From a bacterium (GTDB taxonomy: Bacteria > Krumholzibacteriota > Krumholzibacteriia > G020349025): 64,000 nucleotides of DNA. The notes beneath the pieces are model-generated. The model was not told where the DNA came from, did no database searches, and saw nothing but the letters and a program-made list of their open reading frames with translations. The stretch is taken from assembly GCA_031362565.1 (NCBI GenBank), contig JANLSU010000073.1, positions 1 to 64,000 on the forward strand, read 5' to 3'. The position numbers were made by a program, and so were the translations under genes. Shown here piece by piece: positions 1 through 8,637 of this stretch (position 1 is its first letter; each line of letters begins with the position of its first letter).

Positions 1-16
1 CGAGGAGGCGAGAACA

Positions 17-517
17 ATGTTCCGGAAAGCATTCACGACTCTAGCGTTCGCGATGGTGGTTGGCTCGGCAGCTTGCAACAACTCGATCGTGGGTCCGAAG
101 GACATCACGAGCGTCGGCGACTCACCGGCACCGCGTACGCCAGCCGAACACGACGTCAACCGGGTTTGCAACGACGACGAGCGCGGCGTTCAAATCCTGA
201 CCCCATCGGAATCCCAGTTCGTGCGCGTCGGCGACAACGTGCGAATCGCTTGGGCGGCGCGCGAATTCTGCACCGGCTTCTACGTCAAGGCCCGCGTAAC
301 GTACGACGACGGCGCCACCTGGACGATGCTCCTCGACTCGAAGAACGCGCTCTCGGCTGGCTGGCGCGTCCCGAACCTGGCGCACCGCCGCGCGGTGATC
401 GAAGTCACGCTGACGGATACGGCGTATCAGGAGTACTCGACCACGCTGGCACTGGCGAACGGCATTCTCGAAGCGATTCCAACCCCCGGCCACCAGCCGC
501 CGGTGGACCACGACTGA
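17..517 (+). CDS. Hypothetical lipoprotein with Ig-like/beta-rich mature domain
   Basis: GGAGG RBS at 4-8; signal peptide with lipobox SAA-C; beta-strand-rich segment VRIAW...YDDGATW; followed by a hairpin terminator. Confidence 0.75.
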   Translation: MFRKAFTTLAFAMVVGSAACNNSIVGPKDITSVGDSPAPRTPAEHDVNRVCNDDERGVQILTPSESQFVRVGDNVRIAWAAREFCTGFYVKARVTYDDGATWTMLLDSKNALSAGWRVPNLAHRRAVIEVTLTDTAYQEYSTTLALANGILEAIPTPGHQPPVDHD

Positions 518-579
518 GCGCCGAAGATGTGAACGGAGTCACGGATCGGGACAACGTCAGAATGGATTCAACAAACGAC

Positions 580-608
580 GAAGGGCCGGTGCAAAACACC
601 GGCCCTTC
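580..608. terminator. Hairpin between convergent genes (probably bidirectional terminator)
   Basis: GAAGGGCCGGTG-caaaa-CACCGGCCCTTC, perfect 12-bp stem. Confidence 0.7.
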
Positions 609-651
609 TCGCGTTGGCGATGTGCTTCAAGAGCGGCGCCGCGCCGCCCCC

Positions 652-2088
652 TCAGTTCTTGTGCAGGAGTTTGCGCTGCTCGACTTCCTTCCGCAGCACA
701 TCGCGATTCAACACCTTGAACTCGACACGCCGGTTGAGCGTCCGCCCGGCCGCGGTCTTGTTGTCGGCGACGGGCTGGGTTTCGCCGTAGCCGACTGCGG
801 TGTACTGGCTCGCCCCCAGGCTCGGGAACTTGCCACGCAGGTAGTCCAGGACGGCGCGCGCGCGCTTCTGCGACAGATCGCGGTTGGACGTGTCGCTGCC
901 GACCGCGTCGGTATGTCCGCCGACTTCGATTTGCAGCTGCGGCCACTGAGACAGGATCCTGCCCACCTCGTCCAACACCGCGAACGACTCGGGAGCGATG
1001 TCCCATTTGCCGGTCGCAAAGCGAATGTTGTCGATCCGGATCATGCCGGTGTCGAGAAGCTGGGTTTCCTTCTCACTGACTTCGATCGGGCAGCCCACCG
1101 CATCGACACGCACATCCTCGGGAGTGTCCGGGCACCGGTCGATGCCGTCATAGACGCCGTCGTGATCCGAATCCACCGGACAGCCGAGTTCGTTGACTTT
1201 GGCGCCGGTGGGCGTGTTGGCGCACTGGTCGATGCCGTCCCAAACACCGTCGCCGTCGGTATCGGCCGGGCAGCCGCGCGCATCCACCGTGGCGCCGCGC
1301 GGTGTATCCGGGCAGGCATCGACGCCGTCGTAGATGGTGTCACCGTCGCCGTCGAGCGGGCAGCCCTTGGCGTTCACCGTGGCACCGTGCGGGGTGTCCA
1401 TGCACGCATCGAGGCCGTCCCAAACGCCATCACCATCGGTATCGCGCGGACACCCGGTCACGTCGACCGTGGCGTTCCCCGGCGTGCCGGGACAGCGGTC
1501 CTTGCGATCGATGACCCCGTCGCCATCCGTATCGCGCACTGTGCCGCCCAGTGCCAGGTGCAGGCCGCCGGTCAGGATCCAGTTGTTGATCCACTTCGAA
1601 CTCGGGTCGTAATCGATGCCGACATCCCGGGCGTCGAGCCGGATCGCGAGGCGCTCGGCAATCCGGAAACGTAACCCGCCGCCGGCTTCCCAGCCGTTCA
1701 GAGTTTGCACGCCGGGCTGGCCGTGGCCGATTTCAATCTGTGCCCAACCACCGCAGAGGTAGGGAACCACGGCCCACGAGGGCGCGAGCGAAAGCACCGC
1801 ATCGGCACCCACATGATCGACGCGTGGCCGGTTGTTGCCGGTGAAGTGCGGCGAGACGCCATACGAACCCTCGATGCCGAACCAACTACACAGCCCCAAT
1901 CCGGCCCGGCCGCCGAAGTGGAGGCCGGTGTCGGTGCGAATCCCGTCGTCCCAGCGCGCCGCGCCGGCGTATGGCGATAGAGTGATGTGCAGGCCGGTCA
2001 CTTGCGCGGCGGCGGGGCGTGCCGCACCGCAGAGGAGAACGGTCAGCGCGGCGATTCGCGCCGCGCGTGGCATGGAATGGCACTTCAT
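652..2088 (-). CDS. OmpA family protein: N-terminal beta-barrel, 5 thrombospondin type-3-like Ca-binding repeats, C-terminal OmpA peptidoglycan-binding domain
   Basis: Signal peptide; DxDGDGVxDxxDxCP repeats with 30-aa period; IEVGGHTD...NRDLSQKRA...NRRVEF; RBS GAGAGGA before ATG at 2088. Confidence 0.92.
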   Translation of the reverse strand: MKCHSMPRAARIAALTVLLCGAARPAAAQVTGLHITLSPYAGAARWDDGIRTDTGLHFGGRAGLGLCSWFGIEGSYGVSPHFTGNNRPRVDHVGADAVLSLAPSWAVVPYLCGGWAQIEIGHGQPGVQTLNGWEAGGGLRFRIAERLAIRLDARDVGIDYDPSSKWINNWILTGGLHLALGGTVRDTDGDGVIDRKDRCPGTPGNATVDVTGCPRDTDGDGVWDGLDACMDTPHGATVNAKGCPLDGDGDTIYDGVDACPDTPRGATVDARGCPADTDGDGVWDGIDQCANTPTGAKVNELGCPVDSDHDGVYDGIDRCPDTPEDVRVDAVGCPIEVSEKETQLLDTGMIRIDNIRFATGKWDIAPESFAVLDEVGRILSQWPQLQIEVGGHTDAVGSDTSNRDLSQKRARAVLDYLRGKFPSLGASQYTAVGYGETQPVADNKTAAGRTLNRRVEFKVLNRDVLRKEVEQRKLLHKN

Positions 2089-2132
2089 TGCGGTCCTCTC
2101 GACGGTCGCGCCGCCTCGGGCGCGCCAATCTG

Positions 2133-3020
2133 TCACAACTGGGCTGTCACTCCGACGCCGAGCGTCTGTTTGAACTGCCCGGCCTTGGAAAGCTGTTTGT
2201 CGAAGAGATACTCGAAGTAGACGTCGAGCGACATCCACTTGTTGAGCTTGTTCGAAAGCTGGTTCTGCCAGCGTGCGTCCAGAGTCTTCCAGCGCTCGGT
2301 GCCGAACGTCGCGCGCTCCTGGTCCTTGCCGGAAAAGAACACCGCTTGGAATAGCGTCAATTCGGACTTGAAGACCGTCTTGTCCTCGGGCGACGCAAAA
2401 CGGCCCGTGGTGCGCCATTCGAAGCCACCGTCGTTGGTGGTTTTCTTGGCCGGTGCCACCGCGAAGCGGTCATTGCGTTGCCGGAAACCGAACCCGACCC
2501 GCGACACCAGGCTGCGCGTCTTGGTGTCGTAGAAGGCGCGCGCCAGACCGGCCGTTTCGCCCACCGTCAGCGGGTTCAGGGCCTCGGACTGGTCGCCGAC
2601 CTTTTGAAAGAATTGGCCATCCAACGACAGAGCGAAGAATGGATCGACCCACTTTCCGAGCGTGGCGCGCGCGACGCCACGGTATTCGATCTTGTCGGCG
2701 GACTTGCGCGGCGCGAGCCAGTTGTCGCGTTGCGCGTCCTGCTGGTGCGTCTGGCCGAAGTTGAGGACGAGCGTGTTGTTGAGGTTCAACCGCGGCGTGG
2801 CCTGGGACTCCGCCAGGAAGTCGGCAGCGCCGAGCCAGCTCACCGTGCCGACCTCGTCACCCGACCAGTTCTGCGTGAAGGCCGACTGAGTGAGGCCCAA
2901 CATGAGCTTGGTCTTCCGGGTCCATTCGCCGACCGCGGGCTTGGGGGCGTCTTCGGCCGCGGCCATCGATACGAATCCCAACAGGACTGCACCCGTAACG
3001 ACGCAGCGCTTGAATGCCAT
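2133..3020 (-). CDS. Outer-membrane beta-barrel protein, DUF3078-like
   Basis: Signal peptide; LTQSAFTQNWSG motif, KSADKI, terminal beta-strand QFKQTLGVGVTAQL; RBS GGGAGG. Confidence 0.7.
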   Translation of the reverse strand: MAFKRCVVTGAVLLGFVSMAAAEDAPKPAVGEWTRKTKLMLGLTQSAFTQNWSGDEVGTVSWLGAADFLAESQATPRLNLNNTLVLNFGQTHQQDAQRDNWLAPRKSADKIEYRGVARATLGKWVDPFFALSLDGQFFQKVGDQSEALNPLTVGETAGLARAFYDTKTRSLVSRVGFGFRQRNDRFAVAPAKKTTNDGGFEWRTTGRFASPEDKTVFKSELTLFQAVFFSGKDQERATFGTERWKTLDARWQNQLSNKLNKWMSLDVYFEYLFDKQLSKAGQFKQTLGVGVTAQL

Positions 3021-3104
3021 ACGAACCGATCCTCCCATGCTGTTCGAGTTCGACGTGCTGCCGCGAGGCGCACCGGGCCGGATTACGGCCCGGTGCTGTT
3101 CCGC

Positions 3105-3527
3105 TCAGCGGGCCTTGAGCAGGTCGCGAATCTCGGTGAGCAGTTTTTCTTCGGCACTGGGCGCCGGTGGCGGTGCCGGCGCTTCGGCCTGCTTCTTTTG
3201 CGTCGAGTTGATGCCCTTGATGAGCAAGAAAATGACGAACGCCACGATGACGAAATCGATGACGCTTTGCAAGAAAACACCGTAGTTCAACGTCGCCGCA
3301 TTGGCGGCTTTGGCCTCCGCCAGGGTCGCGTACGCGCCGCCCTTCAGACTGATGAACTTGCCGGTGAAGTCGACGCCGCCCAAGACCAGGCTGAGAAGCG
3401 GCATCATCACGTCGCCCACGAAGGAGCCGACGATTTTCCCGAAGGCGCTGCCAATGATGACACCGATCGCGAGATCGAGAACGTTGCCGCGCATGGCGAA
3501 TTCACGGAATTCCTTCATCATGCCCAC
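3105..3527 (-). CDS. mscL: Large-conductance mechanosensitive channel
   Basis: [28 protein letters not shown] and C-terminal [19 protein letters not shown]. Confidence 0.97.
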   Translation of the reverse strand: MGMMKEFREFAMRGNVLDLAIGVIIGSAFGKIVGSFVGDVMMPLLSLVLGGVDFTGKFISLKGGAYATLAEAKAANAATLNYGVFLQSVIDFVIVAFVIFLLIKGINSTQKKQAEAPAPPPAPSAEEKLLTEIRDLLKAR

Positions 3528-3626
3528 GATGGATCTCCTTCCGAATTGGTGCCGAAAAAGAGAAGAGCGGCCCAGGTCGATCCCCAGCCGCCCTTCCCTG
3601 TGGTCACCACCGACGAACGTCCGGCC

Positions 3627-5087
3627 TCAGTTGCCGTCCTTCTTGAGCGTCTTGCGCCGCTCGATTTCCTTGCGCAGTGTTTCGCGGTTCAAGACCTTGA
3701 ATTCGACGCGGCGGTTCTGGGCGCGTCCCATGTCCGTCTTGTTGTCGGCGACGGGCTTGCCTTCCCCGTAGCCCTTCGCCGAGTACTGGTTCGAGTTCAG
3801 CGAACCGAACTTCGAGGTCAGGTACTCCATGACGGCATGGGCACGCTTGTCGGAGAGGTCTTGGTTCGCCGGCTCCGAGCCGCGCGAATCGGTATGGCCG
3901 CCGATCTCGATTTGCAGGTCCGGCCATTGCGACAAGATCCCGCCCACTTCGTCCAGCACCGCGTAGGACTCGGGCTTGATGTCCCACTTCGCGGTTTCGA
4001 ACTGCACGTTGTTGAGCCGGATCATGCCGGTGTCGAGAAGTTGCGTTTCCTTCTCGTTGACCTCGATCGGGCAACCGTTCTTGTCGACCCGCGCGTCACG
4101 CGGGGTCGCCGGGCACTGGTCGATACCGTCCGGCACGCCGTCGCCGTCGGTGTCGAGCGGACAGCCGTTCGCATCCACCTTGGCGCCGGATGGCGTGTTT
4201 TGGCACTGGTCGATGCCGTCCGGGACGCCGTCGCCGTCGCTATCGACCGGGCAACCCCGCGCATCGACTTTGGCGCCACGCGGCGTGTTGGTGCACTGGT
4301 CGAGCCCATCGAACACGCCGTCGCCATCCGTGTCGATCGGACAGCCGTGCAGGTCGACCTTCGCCCCATGCGGAGTGTTGGCACACTGGTCGAGCCCATC
4401 GAAGACGCCGTCGCCGTCGGCGTCGGTCGGACAGCCGGTCTTGTCGACGATCGCGCCGGCCGGCGTATCCGGGCACTTGTCATGGTGATTCGGCACCCCG
4501 TCATGGTCGTCGTCGGCGCTGTGGCCGCCGACTGCGACCTGCAAGCCCGCCGACCAAATGATGTTGTGCGTGTAGTCGACCGGGTGCGGCGCATCGCGGT
4601 CGACGATGACGTCGCGGACGTCGATGCGGAAGTCGAGGCGCTCGGCCATGCGCATCCGCAAGCCCACGCCGCCTTCACCGCCAGGGAACGATTGCTTGCC
4701 GAGCGAACTGCCGCTCTGACGGTCCGGGTCGAACGTCAACATCGACCAGCCGGCAAACACGTACGGCACCACCCGATACGGCTTCGTGAGATTGATCACC
4801 AGGTCGCCGCCGAAGTGGGTGGCGTTGGTGTCGCCCCCCGGGTTGACGGTGTGGTTGGTGGGGCAGTACCCGTAGGTGGCTTCCAGACCGATCCAACGGC
4901 CGAACATCAGGCCGACCCGCCCGCCGTAGATCGGCGAGTCTTCGAACTGAACGAGCTGATCCCAAAGTGTGATGCCCGCGTAGGGCGAGAGCGTCAGTTT
5001 GAGTCCCGTCACCTCGGCGCGCGCCGCGCCTGCGGCGGCGAGAAGCGCGAGTGCCAGAACCAAAGCGAGGCGAGGACGCGGTTTCAT
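3627..5087 (-). CDS. OmpA family protein with 5 TSP3-like repeats (paralog of 652..2088)
   Basis: Same architecture; IEIGGHTD...NRRVEF; RBS GGAGGG before ATG at 5087. Confidence 0.92.
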   Translation of the reverse strand: MKPRPRLALVLALALLAAAGAARAEVTGLKLTLSPYAGITLWDQLVQFEDSPIYGGRVGLMFGRWIGLEATYGYCPTNHTVNPGGDTNATHFGGDLVINLTKPYRVVPYVFAGWSMLTFDPDRQSGSSLGKQSFPGGEGGVGLRMRMAERLDFRIDVRDVIVDRDAPHPVDYTHNIIWSAGLQVAVGGHSADDDHDGVPNHHDKCPDTPAGAIVDKTGCPTDADGDGVFDGLDQCANTPHGAKVDLHGCPIDTDGDGVFDGLDQCTNTPRGAKVDARGCPVDSDGDGVPDGIDQCQNTPSGAKVDANGCPLDTDGDGVPDGIDQCPATPRDARVDKNGCPIEVNEKETQLLDTGMIRLNNVQFETAKWDIKPESYAVLDEVGGILSQWPDLQIEIGGHTDSRGSEPANQDLSDKRAHAVMEYLTSKFGSLNSNQYSAKGYGEGKPVADNKTDMGRAQNRRVEFKVLNRETLRKEIERRKTLKKDGN

Positions 5088-5240
5088 CGTCGTACCCTCC
5101 AAAACTCGGCAACCAGGCATTGATGGAATGCACGAGAAAACTGGATTCTTCAAGGCCTGTCAAGGACAATGGGTGTCTGGAAGGGGGCGTCATGCGCCTC
5201 TCGTTCGACACCCGAACACTGATCGCTCGCGAGGTCCCAG

Positions 5241-7640
5241 ATGCAAGATTTCGAAAAACTCGGTGCTTTCTATTTGGGCAAAACCTGGGACGCGGCGCGT
5301 GCCGCCGTGACCGACGACGTCGTTCTCTACGACGCCCGGAATCTGACGACGCACGCAGTGTGCGTCGGCATGACCGGTAGTGGCAAGACCGGCCTTTGTA
5401 TCGGTCTCTTGGAGGAAGCCGCGATCGACGGCATCCCGGCGATCGTCATCGATCCCAAGGGCGATCTCACCAACCTCATGCTGGCGTTCCCGAACCTGGC
5501 GCCCGCCGATTTCGAGCCCTGGGTGGACGGCGACGAGGCACGCCGGAGAGGCATCGAGCCGCAGGAGCTGGCGCGCCAAGAGGCGGCGCGCTGGAAGCAG
5601 GGGCTCGCGGATTGGGGCCAAGACGGCGCGCGCATTCAGCGCCTGCGGGACGCCGCCGAGTTCGTCGTCTACACGCCCGGCGCGCGGGCCGGCATCCCGG
5701 TGTCGATTCTGCGCTCGTTCGCAGCACCGCCGGCCGAAGCGCGCGCCGACGGCGACGCGATGCGCGAGCGCGCCGCGAGTCTCGTGACGAGCCTGCTCGG
5801 ATTGTTGGGGGTGGATGCCGATCCGCTCAAGAGCCGCGAACACATTCTGCTCACGACGTTGCTTCTCGCGGCGTGGGATCAAGGGCAGGACTTGGATCTC
5901 GGGCGGCTCGTACAGGCGATTCAGTCGCCACCCATCGCGCGCATCGGCGTCATGGACCTCGAGTCGTTCTATCCGGCGAAGGACCGTTTCGGGCTCGCGA
6001 TGACGCTCAACAACGTCCTGGCCGCGCCGGGCTTTCAGGCTTGGCTCGAGGGCGAGCCGTTGGATGTAGGGGCGATGCTGCATGGCGCGGGCAGTAAGCC
6101 GCGCATCGCCATCTTCTCGATCGCGCATTTGCCGGACGCCGAACGCATGTTCTTCGTGTCGCTGCTCTTGAATCAAACACTGGCGTGGATTCGCACCCAA
6201 ACCGGCACGAACAGTTTGCGCGCCATCCTCTACATGGATGAAATCTTCGGCTATTTCCCGCCGACCGCTAATCCGCCGTCCAAGCTGCCGCTCTTGACAC
6301 TCATGAAGCAAGCGCGAGCCTTCGGGCTGGGGATCGTGCTCGCGACGCAGAATCCCGTCGATCTCGACTACAAGGGTTTGGCGAACGCCGGAACATGGTT
6401 CATAGGCACGCTGCAGACCGAGCGCGACCGGGCGCGTTTGCTGGACGGCCTGCAGAGCGCCAGCGGCGGACTCGATCGCGCCGCCACGGAAAAGCTGCTG
6501 GATGGACTCGGCAAACGCGTCTTCCTGCTGCACGACGTTCACGAACCGGCGCCGCGCCTCTTGGCGACACGTTGGACGATGTCGTACCTCCGCGGTCCCA
6601 TGACCCGCGAGGAAATCAAACGTCTGAGTTCGGGAGGCCGCAGTGCGGCCGCCGCGGCAGGCGCGCCCGCTGCCGTGACCGCGGTGGCGACACCCGCCGG
6701 CGCTACGGCCCCGCGCGCCGTGAGCGCGCCAACGAGCCCCGGCGCCCCGGTTCTGCCCCCCGATATTCCTCAGGTGGTGCTTGCCGCCCCGGCGGCGGGT
6801 GCAGACGGCACGGCGCTCGTCTACACGCCGATGCTCCTCGGCACGGCGGCGCTGCGTTTTGTCGATGCCAAGAACGGGGTGGATGCCACGCAGGAGATCG
6901 CGCTCTTGAGCGCTCTGCCGGCATCGCCGGGCGCGGCGGCGTGGATCGAGTGCCGGGCGATCGGCGCCAATCCAACGAGCGCGCAACCGGTGCCGGGTGC
7001 GCACTGGGGGCCGCTGTCCGCCGAGGCCAGTCAGGCGAAGAATTACGGACGCTGGAAGCGGGAGTTCGTCGACGCGGTGTCCCGTGATCGGCAACTCCAG
7101 GTGCTGCGCTCTGCACGCCTGGGGCAGGCTTCGGCGCCGGGTGAATCAGAGCGCGATTTTCGGGTTCGATTGCGCGAATCGTGGCGCGAGCGGCGCGATC
7201 GCGACGCTGAAGCGCTGCGGCTCAAGTACGCGCCCAAGCTGGAACGCCTGCAGGCGCAAGTCGAGCGCGCGACGCAGGCCCAGGCGCGCGAGGCGGAGCA
7301 ACTGCAGCAGCAGAAAGTGCAAAGCGCGATTTCGATCGGCGCAACACTCTTGGGCGCTTTCATGGGCGGCGGACGGCGGTCGACGATCGGCCGCGTGTCG
7401 ACGGCGGCACGTGGCGTGAGCCGGGCGCAAAAGGAATCCGGCGACGTCGATCGGGCGGTGGAATCACTGGCGGCCGTGCAGGCCAAACTGCAGGCCCTCG
7501 ACGCGGAATTCCAAACCGAACTCGCGGCGCTCGACACCAGCTTCGACGCCGAGAAGGAACCGCTCGAAAGCATCCCGATTCGGGTCAAGAAAACTGACAT
7601 TGCGGTGCGCGCGGTGGCGCTTGCTTGGGTGGCGGAATGA
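5241..7640 (+). CDS. HerA/FtsK-superfamily ATPase (DUF87/DUF853-like) with C-terminal coiled coil
   Basis: HAVCVGMTGSGKT Walker A, IVIDPKGD, LYMDE Walker B, ARAFGLGIVLATQNP. Confidence 0.85.
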   Translation: MQDFEKLGAFYLGKTWDAARAAVTDDVVLYDARNLTTHAVCVGMTGSGKTGLCIGLLEEAAIDGIPAIVIDPKGDLTNLMLAFPNLAPADFEPWVDGDEARRRGIEPQELARQEAARWKQGLADWGQDGARIQRLRDAAEFVVYTPGARAGIPVSILRSFAAPPAEARADGDAMRERAASLVTSLLGLLGVDADPLKSREHILLTTLLLAAWDQGQDLDLGRLVQAIQSPPIARIGVMDLESFYPAKDRFGLAMTLNNVLAAPGFQAWLEGEPLDVGAMLHGAGSKPRIAIFSIAHLPDAERMFFVSLLLNQTLAWIRTQTGTNSLRAILYMDEIFGYFPPTANPPSKLPLLTLMKQARAFGLGIVLATQNPVDLDYKGLANAGTWFIGTLQTERDRARLLDGLQSASGGLDRAATEKLLDGLGKRVFLLHDVHEPAPRLLATRWTMSYLRGPMTREEIKRLSSGGRSAAAAAGAPAAVTAVATPAGATAPRAVSAPTSPGAPVLPPDIPQVVLAAPAAGADGTALVYTPMLLGTAALRFVDAKNGVDATQEIALLSALPASPGAAAWIECRAIGANPTSAQPVPGAHWGPLSAEASQAKNYGRWKREFVDAVSRDRQLQVLRSARLGQASAPGESERDFRVRLRESWRERRDRDAEALRLKYAPKLERLQAQVERATQAQAREAEQLQQQKVQSAISIGATLLGAFMGGGRRSTIGRVSTAARGVSRAQKESGDVDRAVESLAAVQAKLQALDAEFQTELAALDTSFDAEKEPLESIPIRVKKTDIAVRAVALAWVAE

Positions 7641-7681
7641 AAAAAACCGAGCCGGTCGGGGGGAGGCCCAACCGGCTCGGT
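7640..7681 (-). terminator. Rho-independent terminator of the 7718..8089 gene
   Basis: ACCGAGCCGGT...ACCGGCTCGGT stem with A-tract on + strand (U-tract on - strand). Confidence 0.75.
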
Positions 7682-7717
7682 GATGTGCACTGCCGTGCAC
7701 CGCGTATTCGAGTCCCG

Positions 7718-8089
7718 TCAGTGTTGGCTGCGATCGGACGCACGAGCCGGGCGATTGGTGCTTGCCACGGGCCGAGTGTCGCTGCCGCCGCCGCCGCCGC
7801 CGCCGGCGTTCGGGTCATCGGTCGGGGGCGTGTATTCGACGGGAACCCGGGGACCGTGGGAACCCGGCGCGACGTAGACCGGTTCCGGAGTCGTCGAGCC
7901 GCCGCCGCCGCCACCTTCGTCCGGCGCGTGTTCGACGCCCTTACCCAACTCGTTGCGCGGGCGCTCGCCACCGCCGCCGCCGCCGTTGCCACCGGTGCTG
8001 CCGGTTGCCGCCGGACCCGTCACGCTGTTGCACGCTGCCACCATCAGAAGAGTCGCCAGAGCCAGTGCGGTCGTCATTTTGCGGAACAT
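7718..8089 (-). CDS. Small Gly/Pro-rich low-complexity lipoprotein
   Basis: RBS AAGGAGG; lipobox VAA-C; three poly-Gly tracts; own terminator. Confidence 0.65.
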   Translation of the reverse strand: MFRKMTTALALATLLMVAACNSVTGPAATGSTGGNGGGGGGERPRNELGKGVEHAPDEGGGGGGSTTPEPVYVAPGSHGPRVPVEYTPPTDDPNAGGGGGGGSDTRPVASTNRPARASDRSQH

Positions 8090-8166
8090 CGAACTCGCCT
8101 CCTTTTGGGTCCGTCGGGGTTCGTGACCTCGGCGAACGTGTGTTTCATTTGCTGATTACTGGCCAA

Positions 8167-8182
8167 TGCATCGTGCGTTCCA
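8167..8182 (-). promoter_or_regulatory. Putative sigma-54 (-24/-12) promoter of the lipoprotein gene
   Basis: Minus strand TGGAACGCACGATGCA vs consensus TGGCACG-N4-TTGCW with correct GG/GC spacing; AT-rich tract at about 8199-8240. Confidence 0.5.
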
Positions 8183-8637
8183 GCCGCTGGCACGCCGGAT
8201 AAATAGTCCAACAAGCTGTAAAAATGCATGTTAACTTTTCAAGCTTGGAGCGCCGCTCGCTGCAGCACCGGTCCTCCGCGCAAGTCTTGCGCGCCCAGGC
8301 GCGCACGATCTGGGGTAACCCTGCAGAAACCAGCGTTTGCCGCCGGAGAGTGGCTCGTAACTAAGGCGTACTGGGGCCCGTACGGCCCCATATTGAGGGG
8401 GATCCGTTGCGGCCGCACTGCCCCAAGAGGGCGTCGACCGTTCCATTCGCCTCTGGTATCGTCCCAGAACCTCGCCCGAAGGATCAGCCGGAAGCAGGGC
8501 TGCCTGCGCCGGATCGCTTCATGGGATCTCGATTCAACGAGAGCCGCGCGACCGCGTCGTGGGCGCTTCTGCCACCGCACGCCGCCGCCCCTTCAGTCCA
8601 TGCAACGTGCTTCCCGGAGGAAGCGAAAAGAGCGGAG

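Noticed and set aside
1090..4520. 90-bp periodic DNA repeats in the two OmpA genes
   Set aside because: Explained by protein-level TSP3-like repeats
73..5123. Long plus-strand ORFs 73..1674 and 2478..5123
   Set aside because: Antisense shadows of the OmpA, DUF3078 and mscL genes, expected in high-GC DNA; no motifs or RBS
5241..7640. HerA-like ATPase as an anti-phage or conjugation system
   Set aside because: No adjacent nuclease, Sir2, NurA or T4SS genes; it appears to be a solitary ATPase
7780..7990. (GCC)n microsatellite-like tracts
   Set aside because: They encode the poly-Gly stretches of the lipoprotein; in-frame triplets with no sign of phase variation
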